From Pseudodesulfovibrio piezophilus C1TLV30 (lineage in GTDB: Bacteria > Desulfobacterota > Desulfovibrionia > Desulfovibrionales > Desulfovibrionaceae): DNA of 32,000 nucleotides. Below are positions 18,232 through 25,635 of the stretch, in pieces. Made by a program: the position numbers and the translations under genes. Each line of letters begins with the position of its first letter. Position 1 is the stretch's first letter. The notes beneath the pieces were generated by a model, which ran no database searches, had not been told where the DNA came from, and saw only the letters and a program-made list of their open reading frames with translations. Location: contig NC_020409.1 of the NCBI RefSeq assembly GCF_000341895.1, positions 1,320,001-1,352,000 on the forward strand. Direction: 5' to 3'.

Positions 18232-18426
18232 CTACAGGGCTAATTTGTTCTCGGACCGGAGACAATCGGATATCCAGACCTTGACCAAAGCCTGTCTGGA
18301 AAGAACGAACCTCCGGGCCTTCTCGTCCATCTCGTTGACCATCCACACCGGGAAACCCACGTTCACTCGCTTGATCTCGCGATCAAAGGTTTCAGAGCCA
18401 ACATTTCTGTTGTCCTTGGACTTCAT
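18232..18426 (-). CDS. CopG/ribbon-helix-helix antitoxin, BrnA-like.
   Basis: KRVNVGFPVWMVNEMDEKARRFVLSRQALVKVWISDCL follows the pattern I recall for antitoxins paired with BrnT (DUF497) toxins. A near-identical paralog lies at 26981..27184. Confidence 0.6.
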   Translation of the reverse strand: MKSKDNRNVGSETFDREIKRVNVGFPVWMVNEMDEKARRFVLSRQALVKVWISDCLRSENKLAL

Positions 18427-18560
18427 AACCCACCTCGCAAGTTTTCATAGAACGGACGACATAGACCAACCATGGCCTTAGTCGGAGAAATTATGACGGT
18501 ATCCCAGAGGTGGACCATGGCTAGGACTTTGTCCGTAGACACTGATATTCTTGATGAAAT
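18423..18560 (-). pseudogene. 5'-truncated remnant of a BrnT (DUF497)-like toxin gene.
   Basis: The frame ending in a TGA that overlaps the BrnA-like ATG reads ...STDKVLAMVHLWDTVIISPTKAMVGLCRPFYEN.... This resembles the BrnT C-terminus (L.VVHT.R.D.IRIISARKAT..E...Y). There is no N-terminal half and no start codon. Confidence 0.3.
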
Positions 18561-18602
18561 GGTATACTTTTTATATCAGAAGTACACCATTTTGAATTGA
18601 GC

Positions 18603-18636
18603 AAAAAAAAAGGGTGAGGTTACGACCTCACCCTTT
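18603..18636 (-). terminator. Rho-independent terminator downstream of immunity gene C.
   Basis: The sense strand reads AAAGGGTGAGG-TCGTAA-CCTCACCCTTTTTTTTT. Confidence 0.8.
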
Positions 18637-18640
18637 ATTG

Positions 18641-19099
18641 TTATTCGCTTGTTGGGATTTTCTGCCCTGTAGCCGTTTCATACTCCTCGACAGGAACCCA
18701 CCTAACTGTACCGCAGCAAACATCACCCTCAATGGTGCCGATAATCCACTTTTTGATCAGGCTTATTCTCTCTTTAACCAGATGCAACGACTCCATGGGA
18801 GCACAGAAACTCATGGAACTTCCATAATTCTCTCTACCTCCAGGGTAGAGTGCTTGGATGTGTAGTCGTCGGTACTCATCCCATGCCTTTTGTGAGGCAT
18901 TGAATTTTTCCAAAAACTCTGGCTGATCTGAATAGAGCTCATTGATTTCTGCAATCATGGAATTCATAGTTTTCATTGCTTCGGCGTGCGTCAACTGAGT
19001 ATTATCTACCATTTGTTTGTACTCATCTTGAGCACACACAGTTGAAGAGATGACCAGCACCCAAACAACGGCCACAACGCTACGAAAGCACCTATTCAT
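18641..19099 (-). CDS. Periplasmic lysozyme-inhibitor-like protein (LprI/DUF1311-like); candidate immunity to the GH24 toxin.
   Basis: Signal peptide MNRCFRSVVAVVWVLVISSTVCAQ. A helical domain carries the ...ASQKAWDEYRRLHIQALY... pattern typical of DUF1311. The ATG at 19099 overlaps the toxin stop (ATGAATAG). The ORF-track start at 19135 would add 12 aa ahead of the signal peptide. Confidence 0.65.
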   Translation of the reverse strand: MNRCFRSVVAVVWVLVISSTVCAQDEYKQMVDNTQLTHAEAMKTMNSMIAEINELYSDQPEFLEKFNASQKAWDEYRRLHIQALYPGGRENYGSSMSFCAPMESLHLVKERISLIKKWIIGTIEGDVCCGTVRWVPVEEYETATGQKIPTSE

Positions 19100-20531
19100 T
19101 TGTTTTCCCTTTTCTACGGAAACGGCCTGCTTCATTTTTCCTACGATTAATCAAACCGTTGTTCCGTACTTTCTTACCTGTTTTGAGATCAGTGGTATAA
19201 ACCCACCGCTCCATTTCTCCTGCAACGGAATCATAGTCTTTCTTGTTAAGTTTCTTCAACAAGGTTGATGTTTTGAAATTCCCTGGCCCAACATTATAGA
19301 CAAAGCTACTGAGAGCTTCAAACTCATTTTTACTAAGAGGAACTTTTACCATGTCTTTCACGGTTGACTCTGCACTCGCCATATCTTCATCAAAGAGCTG
19401 CATTGCTTCTTCTTCCGAAATCCCATTTCCATAATTTTCCTTGTCTTCCTGGGAACATGACCCATCGTGCAGTTTGTGTCCAAATCCAATGGTACAATGC
19501 CCTGAGGCATCATTATAAAGCTTCGATTCGAAACCTTCGAACTGCCGCACCTCTTTTCGAGCATCATCACTGGAAGAGAGATCTTTTAGTGATGACCGTT
19601 GCCATCCAGTCTGAGCACCTTCCGAAGGAGACTCAACAGCGTCCGATTTCTTTTCCTCAGGTTCCTTCTGACCAACTTGTTCTTTGACCTTCCCACGGTA
19701 CTGGTTGTCGTCATACACCTCATCCTGGCCTTCTGGAATCTGAAGCTCGGCACCCCCTGCTTCGTTCTCACCTCCAGCATCACTCACAGTTCCGGTGTCG
19801 TTCTCAGCATGCATCTCAGCATCTTCCATCCTGAAGCCCGGCTTGGCACCCAGCAACTCTTCGTTCCCGGACGCCCGCGCCTTCCCTACGTCAACACCGG
19901 CATATCCCAGGTACTTGTCGTACATGGCGTCGGCGTCCTTCTCGTCAAACTTGGCCTCGGACGTCACATATTTGTTGATGAGGTCGAAGGCCGCGTCGTC
20001 ATGCGCCTGGACGCCCTTGTCGTCCTTTGCGCCGAGCGCTCCCTGGGCGATACGCTGTAAGCCTTTGTCGAGCACGCTACGTGAACGCTCATTGAGCTTG
20101 TCCAAAGCAAACTGATGCCCCTGCTGCAAGAAACCCTTTTTGATCTTGGGTAAAGTTTCAGACAATGCCCCGTGCCGCTTTCCTCCCTTGGGGAAATCAG
20201 ACAGAATACCATGCTCATAGTCGTCGAACTGCTTTTTCAGATTGGTCGCATCTTTGGAAGGCTTATTTCCGGTGACATTCTTCTGCCAGTCGGCCAGCCC
20301 TTTACCAAAGAAGTCATGCGCTTCGTTTTCCTTCTCAACAATGGTATTGAGCCGATCCAGATCATGGTACGCATCACGCTTCTGTTGCTTCGGTTGCTGT
20401 CGTTGGTTTTGATTTTTGGTACCAATGCCCATTTCCAAAGCAATCTTGCGCTGGCCGCCGGTTGCGTTGTCGAGTCTCTTCTTCTGCTCGTCGGGGTCCA
20501 TGTTGATGAGTGATTTTCCGAAGTCAAACAT
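19092..20531 (-). CDS. Polymorphic toxin C: conserved MFDFGKSL N-terminal domain plus a C-terminal GH24 (T4/lambda-type) lysozyme.
   Basis: Residues 1 to about 250 align with the paralogs. The C-terminus VRQFEGFESKLYNDASGHCTIGFGHKL...EFEALSSFVYNVGPGNF...NGLINRRKNEA carries the GH24 catalytic E...D...T(IG.GH) pattern. Confidence 0.85.
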   Translation of the reverse strand: MFDFGKSLINMDPDEQKKRLDNATGGQRKIALEMGIGTKNQNQRQQPKQQKRDAYHDLDRLNTIVEKENEAHDFFGKGLADWQKNVTGNKPSKDATNLKKQFDDYEHGILSDFPKGGKRHGALSETLPKIKKGFLQQGHQFALDKLNERSRSVLDKGLQRIAQGALGAKDDKGVQAHDDAAFDLINKYVTSEAKFDEKDADAMYDKYLGYAGVDVGKARASGNEELLGAKPGFRMEDAEMHAENDTGTVSDAGGENEAGGAELQIPEGQDEVYDDNQYRGKVKEQVGQKEPEEKKSDAVESPSEGAQTGWQRSSLKDLSSSDDARKEVRQFEGFESKLYNDASGHCTIGFGHKLHDGSCSQEDKENYGNGISEEEAMQLFDEDMASAESTVKDMVKVPLSKNEFEALSSFVYNVGPGNFKTSTLLKKLNKKDYDSVAGEMERWVYTTDLKTGKKVRNNGLINRRKNEAGRFRRKGKTNE

Positions 20532-20705
20532 ACTTCAGTTCCTTTTGGGATGTCGATTGTTCAAAGATCAGACATCCTAACCCCGGTTTTCGCCCCAAAA
20601 TGAAAACGGGCGAGAAAGGGTACCGGAAGGATAAAAAAAGCATAAGAAAGCAACTTGACATGGTTTTGAAAAAGAGGATTTAAAAAACAGCGACCGAATA
20701 AACTT
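20532..20705 (-). promoter_or_regulatory. Conserved structured 5' leader / promoter region (copy 2 of 3).
   Basis: Sense-strand hairpin GGATGTC...GACATCC lies just before the AAGGA RBS. Alternative pairings are TTTCTCGCCC / CCCGTTTTC / GGGGCGAAAACCGGGG. The CATGTCAAGTTGC block is present. Confidence 0.55.
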
Positions 20706-21186
20706 GTGCTATTCCATCCATTTACAGAGCCGGCTTTTCGAAAACAACTCGATGTCGAAAATGGCCTCAGACAAAAAAAGGGGTATAAAAGGATATCAAA
20801 AGGTATAAAAAAGCAGTTCCTCTTTTCTTTGGCGCACTTATTCAGAAGGTATTTTCAATTGGTCTATTTTTACAGGTATTTACAAGACAGACAAAAAATC
20901 TTCTGAATTTTATTCTGAACGGCAGTACTTCCAGGTTGAGGCTGCCTCACGTATGCTGGCGATGCTATAGGTAACATTAACAATTGAAAAAACTAACGCC
21001 TGTTATGGCGACACCCTATGCCCTACCGATAACTGATAGTGATCATTCACTAAAAGAACTCACCAAGAGTGTTATATATACTCAAACATGTGTATTCAGA
21101 ATTAGGTAGACACCATACCCCTTAATCCAATTTCCATCCACCTGATATCATTTGTATATTCTCTTGTATATCCCACGAAAAAAAAG

Positions 21187-21792
21187 CTAAAAAGGAGAAC
21201 CTTCCAAGCCTTTAAAATTCTTGGTGGAGATAGCTGCGTTTCTAGCCTGACAGAAACCCATTCCCCTACTTCTCGGACCATCTATCAACCGCAACATGTC
21301 CCTCTCAGCGAACACGCAGCCATCAATGTCTTTGCCGCTATAGGGTGTATCGTTGAGTAACCCCGTAATCCATTGAATCTCACTACGAGTCCTCGGTAAA
21401 TGACCAAGCCGATTCTTCAACATGTACTCCATATTAAACTTCATGTCGTTCATCGTTCCAAGGACACTTCGACTATGGGTCTTGCCATATGAGAACGGGC
21501 CGAGCAGCAACTTGGCTTGAGCTATTTGCGCTGATGTTGCCCCAACACCCAGAAGAGCTATCTCGAAGTGCTCGATGAACACCTTGTCGAAGTTCATGAA
21601 GTCCTTCTTGACCAAGCCGGGCATAAACACGGCAAACCGGGTTTCATCGTTGACTAATAGCACGGACTTTCTACGAAAGAATCTGAAGATGTTGCCCTGC
21701 CAGCCTTGTAGCCCTCGTTGACTAGTAGGCTCTAGGATTTGTGCTGGCTTGATCTCGGCCAAAAGCTTTTGGGTACATCCGATGTAAGGCAT
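21187..21792 (-). CDS. Hypothetical protein. I cannot name the family.
   Basis: Long ORF with plausible composition (MPYIGCTQKLLAEIKPAQILEP...WQGNIFRFFRRKSVLLVNDETRFAVFMPGLVKKDF...). The N-terminal part is duplicated as a pseudogene at 12346..12533. The last ~12 codons run into a degenerate copy of the tRNA terminator / 3'-end repeat, so the C-terminus may be a fusion artefact. The ORF-track start at 21831 is 13 codons upstream. Confidence 0.55.
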   Translation of the reverse strand: MPYIGCTQKLLAEIKPAQILEPTSQRGLQGWQGNIFRFFRRKSVLLVNDETRFAVFMPGLVKKDFMNFDKVFIEHFEIALLGVGATSAQIAQAKLLLGPFSYGKTHSRSVLGTMNDMKFNMEYMLKNRLGHLPRTRSEIQWITGLLNDTPYSGKDIDGCVFAERDMLRLIDGPRSRGMGFCQARNAAISTKNFKGLEGSPF

Positions 21793-21902
21793 TGTTGATC
21801 TCATCTGGTTGGGTGGTAAAAGATTCCTCACTCAGAGAGCCACAATCGAACTCAGGATCAACTCAGATGGATATTCTCGGATGCTGTGGTGGGCTATTCA
21901 TT

Positions 21903-21972
21903 AAATAGGTATGGTGTACCTCTAATCCCTAACTCCAAACCCGAAATATAAGGGAGGTGTCCCCATAATTTT
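21903..21972. repeat. REP-like hairpin repeat units.
   Basis: AAATAGGTATGGTGTACCTCTAATCC and AAGGGAGGTGTCCCCATAATTTT are colinear with the 12640..12716 copy. Confidence 0.65.
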
Positions 21973-22182
21973 CCCCTGTAATTTCAGCATCCTCTCAAAA
22001 CCTGTCAAGCCTTAATTACGGGAATGTACTTGTTTTATACCGACCGGCCCGTGCATTTGACCGACATCGGGCTGCATTTGACCGACACGCTTTGCGCAGA
22101 CCGCCTCTTCCCTCAAAACCCCATGCTACGCTAACCGCAAATCAATAAAGGGCCGCCTGCTCTGCGGTCCGAAGGAAACTAT

Positions 22183-23430
22183 ATGAGCGTATATGAAATG
22201 AGGTTGAAGCACGATCAGAACGGTCGCATTGCGGAGAAAATTGAAACCATCAAAGGCAAGTCCATCAAGTGGACATACTCCTATGACAAAAAGGGGCGTC
22301 TGTTTGAGGCGCATTTGGACAATCGGCTGGTCTGCCAATGTCATTATGACAGGGGTGGCAGGCGACAGCAGGACTACTTCCCCAGGACCCATGGCAGTCA
22401 ACTGCGGAATTACCACTACCGCATGGACAACCGGCTGCAACAGGCCGGAAACAACGGCTACACCCATGACAAACAGGGATTCCGGTCCATCTGGAATAGC
22501 GGAGGCAAGTATACGCTCTATGAGTACAAGTCTGACTATCGGTTGCTGAAAGCGGAGAAACGGGAGACATGGGAAATCTTCGAGTTCTCGCACGACGACA
22601 ACGGCCAGCGGCAAGTGAAAACCTGCAACGGCGAGGTTGTTGAAGCCTACCAATGGCTCGATTTTATCCGGCTGGCCGGATTCCATGACGGCGAGATCGG
22701 CTACCGCTTCATTTATGAAGACAAAGAACGTACACCCTACGCCATGCAACGTGAAGACGGTGCCGTGGCCTACCTGTATTACGACCAGATCGGCTCCCTG
22801 CGGGTGGTTGCCCACAAGTCCGGCAACGTGATAAAGGAAGTCTTGTACGACCCCTTCGGTGGGATTATTGAGGACACCAACCCTGACTTCCGCATACCCA
22901 TCGGATTTGCTGGTGGATTGCATGACCGGGACTTGGGTTTCGTGAGATTCGGCTGGCGGGATTACGACACCTTCACCAGCCGATGGACTGCGCCAGACCC
23001 GATAGGTGATGCTGGAGGCGACCCGGATTGGTATGGGTACTGTCTCGATGATCCGGTGAATGGGATTGACCCGTTGGGATTGTTCGTTTTCGGCAAAACA
23101 GGACTGGGCATTTTCCCCGGAATAGGAACCGATGGTTCAACTGCGGACAAAAGGAACTATGAGTTGAAACATGAGCATGGTTTCTATGAAGATGGTACGG
23201 GAGACAATATCGGCCTGTTTGATGGCGGTCCAAAACGAACAGAGGACATCACAAAGTACAAACTTGATGAAACGCACTTTGACGACAAGCGCATGCGACA
23301 GGCCGAAAAGAGTCTTGATCCGGGAGAGTACAAGATGTGCAAGTGGGGCGGCAAATCTAATAATTGCCAGGATTATGCCGATGCTCTGCGCGAACGTTAT
23401 CGGTTTATACGCACTGCGGAAAAGCACTAA
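22183..23430 (+). CDS. Orphan Rhs/YD-repeat C-terminal fragment with a variable toxin tip (possibly LRAT-like / permuted NlpC-P60).
   Basis: YD-type repeats (YSYDKKGRL, YHYRMDNRL, GYTHDKQG, YEYKSDYRL). The Rhs core end motif is FAGGLHDRDLGFVRFGWRDYDTFTSRWTAPDPIGDAGGDPDWYGYCLDDPVNGIDPLGL. The tip of about 110 aa contains KHEHGFYEDG...NIGLF and NNCQDYADAL, which resemble the LRAT His-box and NCEHF Cys motif. At 415 aa it is far shorter than full Rhs proteins. GAAGGA RBS lies 6 nt upstream. Confidence 0.75.
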   Translation: MSVYEMRLKHDQNGRIAEKIETIKGKSIKWTYSYDKKGRLFEAHLDNRLVCQCHYDRGGRRQQDYFPRTHGSQLRNYHYRMDNRLQQAGNNGYTHDKQGFRSIWNSGGKYTLYEYKSDYRLLKAEKRETWEIFEFSHDDNGQRQVKTCNGEVVEAYQWLDFIRLAGFHDGEIGYRFIYEDKERTPYAMQREDGAVAYLYYDQIGSLRVVAHKSGNVIKEVLYDPFGGIIEDTNPDFRIPIGFAGGLHDRDLGFVRFGWRDYDTFTSRWTAPDPIGDAGGDPDWYGYCLDDPVNGIDPLGLFVFGKTGLGIFPGIGTDGSTADKRNYELKHEHGFYEDGTGDNIGLFDGGPKRTEDITKYKLDETHFDDKRMRQAEKSLDPGEYKMCKWGGKSNNCQDYADALRERYRFIRTAEKH

Positions 23431-23480
23431 CGCAATAATACAGCCGGGGGGCAGCTATCTCCCAGCTGACAAGGATGCCC

Positions 23481-24017
23481 ATGAAAGGTTTAAAAATCTT
23501 CCTTATCTGCATAGTTCTCGGTGGGGTGTTTGTTTATAACACTAACTGGTTTCAATCCTTTTTCTTGTACAACCGCTTTTTAGAGAGCATTGCCGATGTC
23601 CCGTTTGACGTGACAAAAAAAGGGGAGACGATTTCAATCCCGCTCAAGCATAAATTCAACACTTGCTATGAGCTGAATGTAGCAGTCCCTGATAAGAATA
23701 TATTTCATGACAACATCGTTGGCCCAGGGGCCCTGAGGTACCGCTTTGTTTCCGGAGGAAAAATACTGGCAAAGGGATTTACCTTTCCTGCAGTACGGCA
23801 ACACCTCACGCTTTATCGTGGAGTTACATTGATAACCATACTGGTATTCGACCTCCCTACCCCCGGCGCTGGGAATGATGTGTCACTGGAATTGACAGTA
23901 GATACCCCCATGGCCTTCCTCAATAAATATGCTGGCAAGATTAAATGCAACATTCGGCCTAACTACAGTGCAAAGGCTGGAGGCTGCTATAATGAAGAGC
24001 TCCGAATAGAATATTAG
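23481..24017 (+). CDS. Candidate Rhs immunity protein with an N-terminal TM helix or signal anchor.
   Basis: It lies immediately downstream of the Rhs tip. The N-terminus is MKGLKIFLICIVLGGVFVY. An AAGGA RBS precedes the second ATG; the ORF-track start is 23475. Confidence 0.55.
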   Translation: MKGLKIFLICIVLGGVFVYNTNWFQSFFLYNRFLESIADVPFDVTKKGETISIPLKHKFNTCYELNVAVPDKNIFHDNIVGPGALRYRFVSGGKILAKGFTFPAVRQHLTLYRGVTLITILVFDLPTPGAGNDVSLELTVDTPMAFLNKYAGKIKCNIRPNYSAKAGGCYNEELRIEY

Positions 24018-24165
24018 GCGGTACCATTGAGGATACCAATCCGGATTTGAGGATACCCAATTTGTTATACTGTCCCCCTATTTCCCTGCAAACCACAAGC
24101 TCTAGAAGTCAGGAGGGCATTCCTCATTCAGGTTCACCAGCTCGGTCTCAAGGAGCACGCGGTGG

Positions 24166-24320
24166 AATTATGGGGACTGGAATTATGGGGACAGCCACCT
24201 ATCTTTCTTCTTTTAATTAGGTGACTGTCTCCATAATTTGGAAATATAATTAGGAAGGTATCCCCTTAATTTTCTTAAACAATAGGAATTAGGGAGGTGT
24301 CCCCCTAATTCCCCCTAATT
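24166..24320. repeat. Cluster of REP-like palindromes.
   Basis: AATTATGGGGAC occurs twice in tandem. Next comes the palindrome AATTATGGGGACAGCCAC-N22-GTGACTGTCTCCATAATT, then AATTAGGAAGGTATCCCCTTAATT and AATTAGGGAGGTGTCCCCCTAATTCCCCCTAATT. The cluster is colinear with 29221..29340. Confidence 0.75.
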
Positions 24321-24342
24321 CAGGTAAGCGCGAGGAAAAACA

Positions 24343-24675
24343 ATGAAAACAATGATTGGAATAATATAGGTTGTATTTGGGGTGGGTTTATCCCTTTACA
24401 GTTTAATTGGAATAGTGGCTGAGACGGAAATAGTAACGCATGCTTTGACTTTGTTTTTTGGAATTGCTTCGGTACTGGCTGGCTGGTTATCTTTAACAAA
24501 CCGCAAAGCCTCCCATATTTGTTTATGGATCGTGTCTGTCATGATACTTTTTTATTCAGTCGCTGCTTTATCTATGGTGGGCCTGGAGTTCGGTTTTGGA
24601 TTTGTATCTGGTATCGTTTTGTTAGCTGTATTTGCGGCAATGACGATCTTCTGTCTGCTCAGGAAGCGGATATAA
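24343..24675 (+). pseudogene. Small 3-TM membrane protein gene with an in-frame TAG at codon 9, or a GTG-initiated 97-aa ORF from 24382.
   Basis: A GAGGA RBS lies 6 nt before the ATG at 24343. That ATG is in frame with the 24382..24675 ORF but separated from it by a TAG at 24367-24369. Confidence 0.4.
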
Positions 24676-24778
24676 CCAACCATGCTTCTCCACCAGCCGG
24701 GAGACAGTTGTCTCCCGGCTGACAAGGATGCCTATGAAAGGTTAAAAAAATCTTCCTTATCTGCACAGTTCTCGGTGA

Positions 24779-24832
24779 AATTATGGGGACACCTTCTTAA
24801 TTGTTGAATTAGGGAGGTGTCCCCATAATTTT
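24779..24832. repeat. REP-like inverted pair.
   Basis: AATTATGGGGACACC (24779-24793) and GGTGTCCCCATAATT (24816-24830) form a perfect 15-nt inverted repeat with a 22-nt spacer. Confidence 0.75.
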
Positions 24833-25069
24833 ACGCAAGGGAGTGAAAGGCTAACCGAGATCCCGGCTTCAGCTCGTTTCGCAAGCCGCCCTCTCTTAGA
24901 TAAGATGGTGCCGAAAGAAGGCTTTCCCAGCAAGCTCGAACGAAACTGCGCAATTGTTAAGGCAAGCCGGGACTACGGCTATTCCTACACCGCAATAGGC
25001 AAGGCTTTTTCTCTTCACTATTCTAGCGTCAGTATCATTGTAAAAACTATGAGAGATAAAACTTTATAA
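24833..25069 (+). pseudogene. 3' fragment of an IS200-like (Y1, COG1943-type) transposase carrying the C-terminal DnaA-type HTH.
   Basis: The open frame reads ...RFASRPLLDKMVPKEGFPSKLERNCAIVKASRDYGYSYTAIGKAFSLHYSSVSIIVKTMRDKTL*. This fits the C-terminal pattern RPSL.ELF....R..AI..A....GYS..EIA..LGLHY.TVS..v that I recall for this protein class. The Y1 catalytic part is absent, and the frame runs directly out of the REP pair. Confidence 0.45.
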
Positions 25070-25154
25070 TTCAAGACCTGACCCCATTCTCCCTCCTCAA
25101 CTTATGCTCACTTACAGATAGACACTCGATATCGAATCGGGTATTTATCAGCTT

Positions 25155-25616
25155 GTGACTAATTCAAGAAAATTCACATGGTTCTTTGCCTTAGGGATTG
25201 CCAGCATAGCGTCAGTTTATGCTACGGCTATCCATTTGTGGTTGGAGGATGCCTCTCACTCAGCCTCCGTAAGCGCGATCTTAGGCTCTCTGGTGCTGAG
25301 TTATGCCATCTGGCTTTGGCTGCATGAAAAACGAGGAGCGAAGGCGTTTAGTGGCGTTGTGCTCGGTGGTCTGTGCGGTTGTCTCGCCTTGATTCTTGGG
25401 CCGTTAGGCTTTGGGATAGAGGACCTTTTAATTGGTCCCAGCAAAGAGCTTGTGCTGTCAGAGTTGGTTTATATCCCCCTCATTAGCATTGCGTCTTTCC
25501 CTTTGATCTTTCTAGTTATGCATGGCTGGGCTGTAGTGTTGGCCGGTGTGCTGCTGGGGGGAGTCATAGAACAGCTGGAGCATCGTTCTTCAGAAAAGAA
25601 TGAGGGGAAGGGGTAG
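25155..25616 (+). CDS. Small polytopic membrane protein; candidate immunity (paralog by position and topology of 14265..14729).
   Basis: About 4 TM segments. It is convergent with orphan toxin E, has a homologous upstream sequence, and uses a GTG start. Confidence 0.55.
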   Translation: MTNSRKFTWFFALGIASIASVYATAIHLWLEDASHSASVSAILGSLVLSYAIWLWLHEKRGAKAFSGVVLGGLCGCLALILGPLGFGIEDLLIGPSKELVLSELVYIPLISIASFPLIFLVMHGWAVVLAGVLLGGVIEQLEHRSSEKNEGKG

Positions 25617-25635
25617 GCCTCCCCCTCGAATTGCC

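Noticed and set aside
22126-22923. 265-aa ORF on the minus strand.
   Set aside because: It lies entirely antisense to the Rhs/YD-repeat ORF. Its composition (rich in V, G, L and P) is typical of a shadow frame, and it has no motifs or RBS.
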